From Phycisphaerae bacterium (GTDB taxonomy: Bacteria; Planctomycetota; Phycisphaerae; UBA1845; Fen-1342): a DNA stretch of 64,000 bases. The notes under the pieces were generated by a model. That model saw only the letters and a list, made by a program, of their open reading frames with translations. It was not told where the DNA came from and made no database searches. Location: assembly GCA_963675745.2 (NCBI GenBank), contig CAXXWX010000027.1:160001-224000 (forward strand). Direction: 5' to 3'. Each line of letters starts with the position of its first letter. Positions within the stretch are counted from its first letter, which is position 1. Both the position numbers and the translations under genes were made by a program. This document shows positions 47,095 through 56,978 of this stretch, one piece after another.

Positions 47095-50000
47095 TTATGG
47101 ATCACGCGTGTGGTCTGGCTGTGGCGCGCGCTGCTTGGCGAGTGACTTGTAGTAGGCGTCCAGCAGTGGCTGCAACTCGGGCGCGACATGCTGGTCGGGC
47201 GGCGGTGCGATGAGTGCCAGATCGTCCGCCGACTCCGGCACATCGCCGAATTCCTCTGACGCATCGCCGGCCCGCCCACGTCCGCGCTGCCGGCCGGCGT
47301 CACCAACGGCGTGATCATGCGTGATCTTCGGTGCGGCGTCGGCGGCTTGCGCGCGGCGCCACTGTTGCCGCAGTGTCTCAAACGCGCGCGTGAACTGCTC
47401 GACGCGCTCCGGCCGCCACTCGGTATCCTCGAGCCAATCGCGAAGCTCACCATCGCCACGCTCGAGCAGGTGTCGCAGCGACAGCGGGAATGACTCGCCG
47501 CTCGTCTCGGGCGTGGAGCCTGGCGGCAACGGCCCAGCCGGCTCAAGCGGGTCAGCGGTTGAGCGCGGCGTTGTGTTCGCGCCAGAGCCATTCGCGGCTC
47601 CGCCACCCGGACCCGCAGCGTCGCCATTGTGTGCCGCTTCACCGTTTGAGTCTGACGCACAAGAACCGGCGGTGGGTTCATCGGCCGCGTTGCCGGGCGT
47701 GTCGCCCGCGCCGGGTGCGCCTTCCGCCGATCCTTGTTCACCACCGGCGGGCGGCTGATCGCCGGCGCCAGCGGACTGCGCGCCGGGCTCCTTGCCGTCA
47801 GACTCGGATTCTGAACCGGCGGCCCCGGCACCCTCCTTGGATGCCTCATCAGACCCCGCATTGCCCGGCGTGTCACCAGCGCCGGACGCACCTTCCGCCG
47901 ATCCTTGTTCACCACCGGCGGACGGCTGAGCGCCGGCGCCAGCGGACTGCGCGCTGGGCTTCTCGCCGTCAGACGGGGGCTTTGACTCCGCCGCTTGCGC
48001 CACCCCCACGTTGGATGCCTCGTCGGAACCCGCGCCCGCGTCCGCCCCCTGTTCACAGGCCGCTGACTCACCCTCCGCCTGATCAGCATCCGTAGTAGAC
48101 TCGCCCGGCGAGGTGGACTCACCGTCCGCCGCAGCTTCACCCGGCGAGGTCACATCGGCTGGGCTTGCTGACCCCGGCTCATGCTCGACACCGTCCGGCC
48201 CGGGCTGGCGGCTTTCCCGTTGTGATTCTGCTGAAGGCCTCTCTGACGCCTGCTCCCCGGCGGGTTCTTCAGCTTCGAGAATACGGTCCAGGTCGGCGAG
48301 TTCCTCGCTGAACTCCCGCGCGAAGTCCGCCAGTGCCTGCTCCAGTTCCGCATTGCCCTCGCCGCGATCAGCGGAAGCGTCAGTGTCGGCGCCAGGTTCG
48401 CGCGGGGATTGCCCCTGGTCCGCATCATCGCGTCCCACAGCAGCCGACTCTCGGCGTTCATCATCAACCGTCTTACCATCCGCGTCAGGCTGATTCCGGT
48501 CTTCCGGGCGGGTTTCGGGTGCTGGCTCGTCCGCTTGATCCATGGCCCCGGCGGCTTCGGCAGTGTCCGGATCAGCTTCTGAACCACCCTCACCGTCTCG
48601 TGACTCCGCAGTGCCGGCAGCCTCGCCATCGCCGTCCCCTTTGGATGGGTCGGCAGCTCCATCACTATCGCCGGGGTGGCGTGCCCCGTCGTCCGACGGC
48701 GCGTTGTCAGGCTTCGCGTCCGGAGTGGGCGCCGGAGGGATGGGATTCACCAACGTCAGCCGGCGACTGCGGCCGAGTTGCGGCGCCGCCACGCCGTCCG
48801 GGCGTGCGTGGTTGTCATGCGCCTCGAACCACAGGTAAGCCTCCTTGCCCGGGGCCAGCCCTAAGCGGCGTAACGACATGTCGAGCGGGATGCCGCGCGA
48901 TTCGCTCTCGCCCAGATCATCTAGCGCCTGCGGAAACCGTGTCTGCAGGCCATCCAACTCGTATACGGCGGCGAGATCGGTGATGCCATAATCATCGCCG
49001 GCCAAGGCCCGCACGCTATCGATCAGCCGCAAATCGACGACATCCGCCGCATCGTCCACCGGTTCCACGATGCTGACCCGTGGCGCCGCGTCAGCCAGCA
49101 GCGTGACGCGGTAAAGCTGCGACGCCGTTGCGGGATACTCCCACGGATCAGTGTATGTGACGCCGATCGTGCCCGGCTCGGTAATCCAGAAAGTTCCGGT
49201 GGCGGCGGCTGGGTCGTGCGCGGAAACACGCATTCTCGTGCGCTGTTCAGCGGCGGATCGATAGATCAAGGCCGGGCTGTGAATATCGCCGTTACTGGTG
49301 ATCGTCAGCGCAGCGCGCGAACCGGGCAGAACGGCGACGTCCGATGTCGCGACCGAGTGCGGCGCGAGTTTGCTATACGCCGGCGGCGTGATCTCGAGTG
49401 CCTGGCTGGTAACGCGCGGTTGGGGTAGCACCTCAACATCGCCAACCAGCCGTCCGTCGCCGGCGACAATCTCGAAGTGCAGATCACCGGCGACCTCGTG
49501 CGGTGCCAGCACGGTTTCGAAGACTGGCCGCCCGGCGAAGCTGCCAACCGCCATCGGCTCATATGTGAGCATTTGCTCGGAATCGGTGGGCCGCACGTAC
49601 AGACGAAGGTCGTCCGCGCGCCGTCCGAGCATGGAGATCCGAAACCGCAAAGGCTCGCCGGCGTGAACAATATCGTCCGCACTTGGGGACAGCAGCGTGA
49701 GGCGTGTGGCGGTCGGTGCAGGTAACGCCGCCCCAAAGAAGCGCGCCAGCGATGGGCCTACCGGCTTGGGGGCCGCCAGACAATAGACGAGCCAGCCCAA
49801 CACCGCGCCGCCGACCGCGATCGCCGGCGTGGTGTGCAGCCAGCGGATGCGCAGCACCTGGACCGGATGCGTGCGGATGCCGCGTTCCGCCTGTTCGGCC
49901 GCGGCGGCGTGTGCATATTGCGTCTGCGTCGCGCGCCCGAGCAGGACGGCGTTCACCACACTGTTGTGCGGAATCGCGTAATGCCGCTCCAGGTGGCGCG

Positions 50001-50319
50001 CGGCAAACGCGGAATCGACACGCCGGATTACGCCCAGAACCAAGCACGCGGCGAGCGAAACCGCCAGGCTACCAGACCAGACGAACAGCGCCCCTCGCAA
50101 AACGCCCCGCGGCAAGCCTCCCGGCCAGGCATGATCGAACATGACCACCAGCAGCGGGAACAGCAGCACCGGCACGGCGATCAGCAACACCTGTCGCCGT
50201 AACGTGTGCCGGCAAATCGCACGTCGCGCGGCGTCAAGAGCGGCCTCAAGCCCGCTACGGGCCGTAACCGACCCCGGCGTCGTCGGACAATCAGCGTCAG
50301 TAGGACGAACGGCTGACAT
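47095..50319 (-). CDS. DUF4175-like membrane protein with Ig-like domains and a long acidic low-complexity tail
   Basis: Three N-terminal TM helices; ITPPAYS, DAAPRVSI, DDYGI, WFEAHDN motifs; G/S/A/E/D-rich region; C-terminal LLDAYYKSLA. Confidence 0.75.
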   Translation of the reverse strand: MSAVRPTDADCPTTPGSVTARSGLEAALDAARRAICRHTLRRQVLLIAVPVLLFPLLVVMFDHAWPGGLPRGVLRGALFVWSGSLAVSLAACLVLGVIRRVDSAFAARHLERHYAIPHNSVVNAVLLGRATQTQYAHAAAAEQAERGIRTHPVQVLRIRWLHTTPAIAVGGAVLGWLVYCLAAPKPVGPSLARFFGAALPAPTATRLTLLSPSADDIVHAGEPLRFRISMLGRRADDLRLYVRPTDSEQMLTYEPMAVGSFAGRPVFETVLAPHEVAGDLHFEIVAGDGRLVGDVEVLPQPRVTSQALEITPPAYSKLAPHSVATSDVAVLPGSRAALTITSNGDIHSPALIYRSAAEQRTRMRVSAHDPAAATGTFWITEPGTIGVTYTDPWEYPATASQLYRVTLLADAAPRVSIVEPVDDAADVVDLRLIDSVRALAGDDYGITDLAAVYELDGLQTRFPQALDDLGESESRGIPLDMSLRRLGLAPGKEAYLWFEAHDNHARPDGVAAPQLGRSRRLTLVNPIPPAPTPDAKPDNAPSDDGARHPGDSDGAADPSKGDGDGEAAGTAESRDGEGGSEADPDTAEAAGAMDQADEPAPETRPEDRNQPDADGKTVDDERRESAAVGRDDADQGQSPREPGADTDASADRGEGNAELEQALADFAREFSEELADLDRILEAEEPAGEQASERPSAESQRESRQPGPDGVEHEPGSASPADVTSPGEAAADGESTSPGESTTDADQAEGESAACEQGADAGAGSDEASNVGVAQAAESKPPSDGEKPSAQSAGAGAQPSAGGEQGSAEGASGAGDTPGNAGSDEASKEGAGAAGSESESDGKEPGAQSAGAGDQPPAGGEQGSAEGAPGAGDTPGNAADEPTAGSCASDSNGEAAHNGDAAGPGGGAANGSGANTTPRSTADPLEPAGPLPPGSTPETSGESFPLSLRHLLERGDGELRDWLEDTEWRPERVEQFTRAFETLRQQWRRAQAADAAPKITHDHAVGDAGRQRGRGRAGDASEEFGDVPESADDLALIAPPPDQHVAPELQPLLDAYYKSLAKQRAPQPDHTRDP
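47690..48030 (-). repeat. In-frame tandem duplication (about 171 nt, about 57 aa) in the low-complexity tail
   Basis: CCTTCCGCCGATCCTTGTTCACCACCGGCGG at 47720 and 47891; peptide GSDEAS...AQSAGAG.QP.AGGEQGSAEGA.GAGDTPGNA occurs twice. Confidence 0.85.
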
Positions 50320-50514
50320 GGTTTGATTTTAGCGTTAAAAAAGGGAATGATTAAGGGAACAGCACGAACGGCTATCTGCTACCAACCATCCGCCACCGGC
50401 CACAGAAACAGCGTTTCATCGGCCGCAGTCAGTTGTTGCGGCTGACCGCCGATAGCTGAATGCTGACCGCTACGTCGGGGAACGGGGAACACGCACTCGG
50501 CTGGTGTGGCGCCG

Positions 50515-52842
50515 TTATGGGGTCGCTGGTCTGATCGGCGGCAGCTCGCCCAAGTACCAGGAATCCCACGGTGGCAGTGGGTTGTTGGGATTCTCCGGCG
50601 ACCGCTCGAAGCGTATGTAGCCGTCGGCGTTGTATCCGTCACTGACAACGCCAGTCTCCCCGGTGATGATCCAGCCGCGTCTTGCATGCTCACCGACGAT
50701 GGTGTTGGGTTTGCCTTCGATGTTGTCCGCGAGCGTAATAGTGAACCTGACCGCATTGTCAGGGTCGACGGCGTACACGGTAGGTTCGCTCAGGATCTTG
50801 TTGTCTGCTATGTTGAACGTGACTTGGCAATACTGCTCCGAGAATGGTTGGACACAGTGGTACCACACCGGGCGCAGCGGTGCCGGAGCGGACTTCCGCA
50901 GGGCCGGCTCCTGCTCGATGTACGAGGTGGCACACAACGCTGTGTTCGGCAGGATCAGATCCGCCTCCGGCTTGATGGCGAAGACGACGGGGGGATGTGC
51001 AGGTCCGCATCCCGGTGGATCATTAACCAGGCGATCTTCCAGCAGTGCCGCGCCGTTCAGACCGGCACAGACGAGCAAGCGCGGCTTGGCCATCCAGTAC
51101 AGATCGCCAATGGCGGCATCTACCCACACGCGATAGCACAGCGTGCCGTCGAGGCGGTAGATACAAACCGCCGAATGTGTGACACTCTCGTGCATGAAGA
51201 CCGCGATCAACTCATTGACGGCCGCGCCGCCGGCGTCAGGGAACACGTCGGCGAGCAAGGCCCGTACGGCACCGAAGTTCTGCGCCAAGAAGACACGTCC
51301 ATCGTCCCTCCGACGCTGCCTGATCTCTTCGACCGGGATGTCAGCATCGTCGAGGCGTAGTTCCATGTAAGCCGCGTTGCGGTCTCGATTCAGGTCGTAG
51401 AACGCAAAAGAGCCTCTCGGGCCTCGCAAGTTGTTCCCCCTGTAGCCGATGATCGCCAACGGACCGCGGCTCGCCGCCGCGGGCGCTGCGACAAGTTCCG
51501 CGTACTCTATCTGGCCTCTGTCGCCCCCATACCAGCTTTTGAGAACCGTTCCTGTTGCCGTCTGGAGCTGCGCCGCCTTGTTCTTGCCTACGATGACGAC
51601 CCGATCCGGACGCATGGACGTATACCAGACCACGAGCGCACTGGCGATCGCCGTGATGACGAGCATAAGAACACATGCAGCGCTCGTCACGATCACAGGA
51701 TGTCGAACGGCCCACCGGAGCACTCTCGTAGCGAGCGTCGGCGGCCGGGCTTCAATTGTCTCCCCCGACAGATGGCGGCGAATGTCCTGCGCCAGGGCGG
51801 CGGATGATTCGTAGCGACGGGCTGGGCTCTTCTCCAGCGCCTTCAGCAGGATCGCCTCCACGTCGCCGCGCAGACGCCGTTTGAACTCGCTCGGACGGCG
51901 GGGCGGCTCGTCCTTGATGACGCGGATGGCTGCGTAAATGGTCGTGCCGGACGTGTCATATGGGGCGCTGCCGGCCAGCAACTCATACAGCACGACGCCG
52001 AGCGAATATATGTCCGTCCGCGTATCGATCGCAGAGGAGTCGCCATCGCATTGTTCGGGGCTCATGTAGTGCAGCGTGCCAACGAGCTCGCCGGTGCGCG
52101 TACATTGCGTGGTTAGCATAATGTCCGCGTCTGTTGACCGCGCCACACCGAAGTCGATCACCCTGGGCTGACCGTCGCGGCCAACCAGGATGTTCGAAGG
52201 CTTCAGGTCGCGGTGAATGATCCCCTTCTGGTGCCCGTGCTGGACCGCGTCGCAGACGTGAGCAAACAGCTCCAATCGCTGCCGTACGGTGAGTCGCTCC
52301 ACGTCGGCATAGTCGATCAGCGGCTGCGCCTCGGGAATGAGCTCCATCGCAAAGTATGGCAGCGCCCCAGGCTCGTCGTCGTGCACCCCCGCTTCGAACA
52401 CCTGGGCAATGTTGGGGTGGCGGAGTCGCCCCAGCACCTCAGGCTCCAGCCGAAACCGCGCCAACGCCGATGAGGCACTGAGCCCCGGCCGCAGGACCTT
52501 GAGCGCAACGGATCGCGCGGGCTGGTCCTGCGCAGCTTCAAACACGCAGCCCATACCGCCTACGGCGATCAGCCGAACGAGCGTGTAGCGCCCGATCTTC
52601 GTGCCAAGCAACTTGTCGGCCCAGGTATCAGGCTCGGCTTGGGCAGCTTGGGACGCCAACACCGGCGATGCCAGGAAGCCGTCGCAAGCTTGCGATTGGT
52701 GCGCTAGCAGCGATTCCACTTCGGCGCGCAGCCCGGCATCGTCGCCACATGCTTCGTCCAGCATCGCGGGCCGATCTTCCGGCGGCGCATCCAGCACGCG
52801 TTCAAAGATGTCCTGCACGCGTTGCCAGATGTCGGTGGTCAT
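50515..52842 (-). CDS. Membrane-anchored Hanks-type Ser/Thr protein kinase (ECF-associated)
   Basis: WQRVQDIF..ACGDDAGLRAEVESLL N-terminus; GGMGCVF, VALKVL, IIHRDLKPSNIL, DFG, YMSPEQ, DIYSLG; TM helix and C-terminal extracytoplasmic domain. Confidence 0.95.
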   Translation of the reverse strand: MTTDIWQRVQDIFERVLDAPPEDRPAMLDEACGDDAGLRAEVESLLAHQSQACDGFLASPVLASQAAQAEPDTWADKLLGTKIGRYTLVRLIAVGGMGCVFEAAQDQPARSVALKVLRPGLSASSALARFRLEPEVLGRLRHPNIAQVFEAGVHDDEPGALPYFAMELIPEAQPLIDYADVERLTVRQRLELFAHVCDAVQHGHQKGIIHRDLKPSNILVGRDGQPRVIDFGVARSTDADIMLTTQCTRTGELVGTLHYMSPEQCDGDSSAIDTRTDIYSLGVVLYELLAGSAPYDTSGTTIYAAIRVIKDEPPRRPSEFKRRLRGDVEAILLKALEKSPARRYESSAALAQDIRRHLSGETIEARPPTLATRVLRWAVRHPVIVTSAACVLMLVITAIASALVVWYTSMRPDRVVIVGKNKAAQLQTATGTVLKSWYGGDRGQIEYAELVAAPAAASRGPLAIIGYRGNNLRGPRGSFAFYDLNRDRNAAYMELRLDDADIPVEEIRQRRRDDGRVFLAQNFGAVRALLADVFPDAGGAAVNELIAVFMHESVTHSAVCIYRLDGTLCYRVWVDAAIGDLYWMAKPRLLVCAGLNGAALLEDRLVNDPPGCGPAHPPVVFAIKPEADLILPNTALCATSYIEQEPALRKSAPAPLRPVWYHCVQPFSEQYCQVTFNIADNKILSEPTVYAVDPDNAVRFTITLADNIEGKPNTIVGEHARRGWIITGETGVVSDGYNADGYIRFERSPENPNNPLPPWDSWYLGELPPIRPATP

Positions 52843-52877
52843 GGCTTCGTGTCTCTTCGCAACGGAGGCGCCTACGC

Positions 52878-52942
52878 GTGGCGGCCGATGTGCTCCTCGG
52901 CCGAAGAACATGCCGACGCGAACAGCCGTCGGCATGGCACCC
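52878..52942. repeat. REP-like element between the ECF and kinase genes
   Basis: CATGCCGACGCGAACAGCCGTCGGCATGGCACCC is identical to the copy ending at about 37345. Confidence 0.85.
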
Positions 52943-52987
52943 AGTAGCGGCCAACCCCCGAGTCAGCCGTTCTTTTGCTCCGGACTG

Positions 52988-53551
52988 TCACGACAACTCG
53001 CGGTGCAACCAGGTCTTGGCGAACCGCCACTCCTTGTCGACCTGTCGCGGGGATACGCCCAGCACGTCCGCCGTTTCATCTATGGACAATCCACTGAAAT
53101 ACCGCAATTCGACGACTTCCACTTTGCGAGCGTCGTGTTGCCGCAGTTTCCCCAGCGCCTCGTCCAGCGCCAGGACCTCCGCGGGGTGATATTCAAGGGC
53201 GACGGCCACCTTCCCAAGTTCCCCGGGCCGTCGGTCGCCGCCGCGTTTAAGCCTGCCTCTCTTACGTGCGTCATCTACGAGGAATTGGCGCATGGCTTTC
53301 GCGGCGGCGGAGAAAAAGTGTCGGCGGTTGGCAGGGACGGCGGCCCCATCGCGGCCCATGAGGCGCAGGTAAGCCTCCTGGACCAGCACAGTCGTCTGAA
53401 GATGGCTGCGGTGGCCCTCGCGCGCCATCCGCGCCTTGGCGACGCGGTGCAGCTCCTCATACACGACACGCCAAAGCCGCTCCGCGGCCCCGGCGTCGCC
53501 ATCACCAACGGCGGAGAGGAGCGATGTGATCTGGCTCCGCGGACCGGTCAC
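52988..53551 (-). CDS. ECF sigma factor, TIGR02999 type
   Basis: QITSLL, VYEELHRVA, HLQTTVLVQEAYLRL, HFFSAAAKAMRQFLVDDAR..KRGG, VELRYFSGL, EWRFAKTWL. GTG start inferred. Confidence 0.92.
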   Translation of the reverse strand: MTGPRSQITSLLSAVGDGDAGAAERLWRVVYEELHRVAKARMAREGHRSHLQTTVLVQEAYLRLMGRDGAAVPANRRHFFSAAAKAMRQFLVDDARKRGRLKRGGDRRPGELGKVAVALEYHPAEVLALDEALGKLRQHDARKVEVVELRYFSGLSIDETADVLGVSPRQVDKEWRFAKTWLHRELS

Positions 53552-53936
53552 GGCTGAACCCCCAAGCGGCGGCGCGAGTTCGGCGTCTGAAGTGACTCTT
53601 CCCAGAAGAAACCGCAGTATAGCCCCATCCATCGCCCAACCCAAGAGCCCGCCCCGCCGGCACCGCAATCGAGTGACCCGCGTCCTGAACACCGCTTGCA
53701 AGCCGCATTGAGCTTCCCGGAGTCCTGACTACCCGGCGGGCAGATTATTCCGAAAACGCGTGCGCCCCGCCGAGCAGGCCGGCGCACCTGATGATGGCGG
53801 CACGAGACCGCCCTAAAAGACACGGCCGCTCAAGGCAAAGAGCAATGCGCGGACCACATCACGGCTAATTGGGAAATGCCGGGGACGTTATGTGTGCAAC
53901 GCCCATTCACCGACGTATCGAGACAAGGAGATGCAG

Positions 53937-55138
53937 ATGAGACTCGGAAATACGATCGGAATCGCGTGTGTGTGTAGCCTGGCCCTGGCTACCGTGTGTC
54001 CAGCCGCCGTAATCACCGTATGCTGGGATGGAACTGCAGACTACACGGAGATACAGGTCGCGATCAACGCCGCTAACCCCGGTGACGAGATTGTCGTCTG
54101 CCCGGGTACCTACAGCGAGACAATCACCTTCACTGGCAACCCGGTCACATTACGCAGTTCGGAAGGGCCAGATGTCACGGTAATCAACGGCACGGGCGGT
54201 GCCGTAGTCAGATGCCTCAGCGGCCAGGGGCACGAGACAGTCCTGCAAGGCTTCACGATCACGGGGGGAGCATCGGAAACGAAGGTTACCATGGCGGCAT
54301 GCACAACGAGGGTAGCAGCCCCAAGGTGATGGACTGCATCTTCCTCGGGAATGTCGGCGGCGATGGCGGCGGAATGGCTAATTTCAACGGGAGCAGCCCC
54401 CTCGTGATCAACTGCAGCTTCTTTGGCAACACGGCCAGCGATGGCGGCGGGATGGAAAACCAGATCAACTGCAATCCGATCGTCGTGAACTGCGTGTTCA
54501 GCGGTAACCGTGCGAGCGAGGGAGGCAACCCTGATGGCGGCGCCGTCCGCGTCGTCAACAACAGCGCTCCCGTCTTCATTAACTGCACCTTCAGCGGGAA
54601 CACGGCGTTGAGACTCGGCGGCGGCATCATGTGCTACAACAGCGCGCCCGTTTTCCGAAACTGCATCATCTGGGGCAACTCGGACAGTGGTGGAACAGGT
54701 GAATTCGCCCAGATCATCGTCGAAAGTGGCACCGCTATCGTGACAAGTAGTTGCATCCAGGGCTGCTCAAGCTACTGCGCCGACCCCAACGACGGCAACA
54801 TCGGTGACGACCCGCTCTTGCTCGGCCCGGCCGGGGTGGACGGCACCGTCGGCACGGTGGACGATGACCTGCACCTGACCACCGCCTCGCCATGCATCGA
54901 TGCCGGTGACACATCGCTGTTGCCCGCCGGCCTGTACGTTGACCGCGACGGCAGCGGGCGCGTGCTCGACTTGAGCGAGGCCCCGAACACCGGCGTTCCA
55001 TCCCTGCTCACGCCGGCCACGGTTGACATGGGGGCGTATGAGTACCGCCGATTCCGTCTGCCCGGGGATGTCAATGGCGATGACCTCTTCAATAATGCCG
55101 ACATCGACCCGTTTGTCGCTCTGTTGAGTGGCAGTTAG
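53937..55138 (+). CDS. Secreted right-handed beta-helix protein with dockerin-like tail; frameshift at the G6 run 54263-54268
   Basis: AAGGAG RBS; signal peptide; DYTEIQVAINAA..GDEIVVCPGTY; repeats GGGM.N..SSP...NC.F.GN.A; SPCIDAG...VDMGAYE; GDVNGD...DIDPFV. The frames join if one G is removed. Confidence 0.85.
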
Positions 55139-55308
55139 CGGCCAATACGCATTGCGCGACGTGTGCTTATGGGGCGTCAATGGCGCGATGGCCGGAGGAA
55201 CTCGCTGAGGGAGCGGGGAATACCGGGCTGACGGATTAAGGCCGCGACGGAAGTACGAACACTGTCCCCCAGCCCCGCTCCCCGCTCCCTCAATCCCTTG
55301 GCCCCTCA

Positions 55309-55573
55309 GGGTCCGTGACACAATTCGGCGGGTCGTAGCCAGGGCGTCCAGCAGGGACGCAATGAACGTAGCACAGCACGAAGTGCTGGGGCAATTGTGG
55401 CCACGTGAAAACCGAGTCCCACGGGGACGGCTGAGCTTTCAGTCGTCCCTGCGGGACTTGGCGGCTGGGATCGAGACCCAGCACTGCGTGCTGGGCTATA
55501 TTCAGATGCCCCTTCGGGGCGAATAACTCGGAAACCACCGGCGCGGAATTCCCGCCGCAAGTGTCACGGACCC
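55309..55573. mobile_element. Non-autonomous MITE (265 bp) with 13-bp TIRs and a 9-bp target-site duplication
   Basis: TIRs GGGTCCGTGACAC (55309-55321) / GTGTCACGGACCC (55561-55573); direct repeat GGCCCCTCA at 55300-55308 and 55574-55582; second copy at about 8541-8810. Confidence 0.9.
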
Positions 55574-55595
55574 GGCCCCTCATTCCCTGCCCCCC

Positions 55596-56906
55596 CAGGG
55601 CGATCGCATTCTCAGGTTTTCGGTTTTGGGTCGTGGATCAGGAGGCTGAGGAGGTAGTCGTGGTTCCAGCCGGCGAGTAGGCGTCGGGCGCGGATGCTGC
55701 GGGCTTTGGGTGGTCCGGCTTTGAGCAGGTTCAGGGCGATCCGGCTCAGACGCGAGAAGTTTTCGGCTGCGTAGCCGCTGCGGATCCGTCGCTGGTCCTC
55801 GCCGAAGATCACGTCGAGCCGCCAATGCAGCCGATTCTCGACGCCCCAGTGCCCGCGGACGCGTTCGAGCATGCGGGCAGCGTCGCACTTTTCGATGCTG
55901 CTGATGTAGTAACGCCGGTCGGTCTCGACCTGCTCGCCGATCCGCCGCGTGGCCTCGACGCAGGCAAAGCTGCTGAGGTTTTGCCACTGCGCCCCAGCCG
56001 GCAGCCAGCTGACATCGGTGGTCATCCAACAGCGCCGCGTCTCGATCCGCCCGTGCCCCTTGTCATGCTCCTGCGTATAGTCGTGTGCGACGGCGTGGGC
56101 GTCTTTCCGGCGACACTCGTCGAAGAGCAGCTCCAGTTCTTTCTGCAAGTGCGGATGATTGCCCTTGACCTGGAGCACGTAATCGGCTCCACAAGAGATG
56201 GCCTTCTCGGCAATCGCCTTCTGGCAGCCCATTGCGTCGGTGGTGATCACGGCGCCGTCCAGGTCCAGCAACTCCAGCAGCTTTGGAATAGCGGTGATCT
56301 CGTTGCTCTTGGCGTCGGTTACGATCTGTCCGAGAACCGTTTGGTTGCTCGCGCACCAGGCGCTGACCATGTGCAACGCAGATTTCTTCGCCGCCGTGTC
56401 GAAGCTGCGGCGGATCGTCTTGCCGTCGATGGCGACCAGCCGGCCGACCTTCGTCCGCGACAGGTGGCGTACCCAGGCGAGGAAGCAACGCTCGAAGGCG
56501 TCGGGGTCGAGCCGCGCGAAGACGCGACCGAAGGTGTCGTGCGAAGGGATGCCGTGCGGCAGACGCAGGAAGGTGGCAAACCACTTCTGCTTGCCGCGGC
56601 CGAAAAGTTCGACATCCTCCCAACCCTCGGCGCCGCAGATCACGGCGCAGATGGCGATGACGAGGATGTCCAGCAACTCGTGCCGGCGACCCTGGTTGGA
56701 ACGCGGATCTTCCATATCACTGAAAAAGCGCAGGATGCCACGCGGGGCGTTGACGTCCATGCCAAAGCTCCTTCTCGAAGGGACCGCTGATGTCCCTGCG
56801 TGGCCAACGCAGAACGATGATAACCTGCTTACCCCCAACCGCGCGCAAGCGCAACCCGTACATACACCGAACATCCATTATTTACCACGAGAATGCGATC
56901 GCCCTG
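55596..56906 (-). mobile_element. ISAs1 family insertion sequence
   Basis: Perfect 18-bp TIRs CAGGGCGATCGCATTCTC (55596-55613) / GAGAATGCGATCGCCCTG (56889-56906) enclosing an ISAs1 transposase. Confidence 0.93.
55612..56760 (-). CDS. ISAs1 family transposase
   Basis: DPR, GIPSHDTFGRVF, VAIDGKTIR, KSNEITAIP, DAMGCQ, KGN, HGRIETR, RGHWGVENRLHWRLDV.F.ED; GAAGGAG RBS. Confidence 0.95.
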   Translation of the reverse strand: MDVNAPRGILRFFSDMEDPRSNQGRRHELLDILVIAICAVICGAEGWEDVELFGRGKQKWFATFLRLPHGIPSHDTFGRVFARLDPDAFERCFLAWVRHLSRTKVGRLVAIDGKTIRRSFDTAAKKSALHMVSAWCASNQTVLGQIVTDAKSNEITAIPKLLELLDLDGAVITTDAMGCQKAIAEKAISCGADYVLQVKGNHPHLQKELELLFDECRRKDAHAVAHDYTQEHDKGHGRIETRRCWMTTDVSWLPAGAQWQNLSSFACVEATRRIGEQVETDRRYYISSIEKCDAARMLERVRGHWGVENRLHWRLDVIFGEDQRRIRSGYAAENFSRLSRIALNLLKAGPPKARSIRARRLLAGWNHDYLLSLLIHDPKPKT

Positions 56907-56978
56907 ACACCGGGACAATCGTGTTGCCGGCGGCGGTTGTACAGCGCCGCGATTCGCTTATACTACGCGACACTTGTC

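Noticed and set aside
53750..53890. c-di-GMP-I riboswitch upstream of the beta-helix gene (GGCAAA motif)
   Set aside because: The GGCAAAC..GAAA..GACGCAAAGC architecture is not present.
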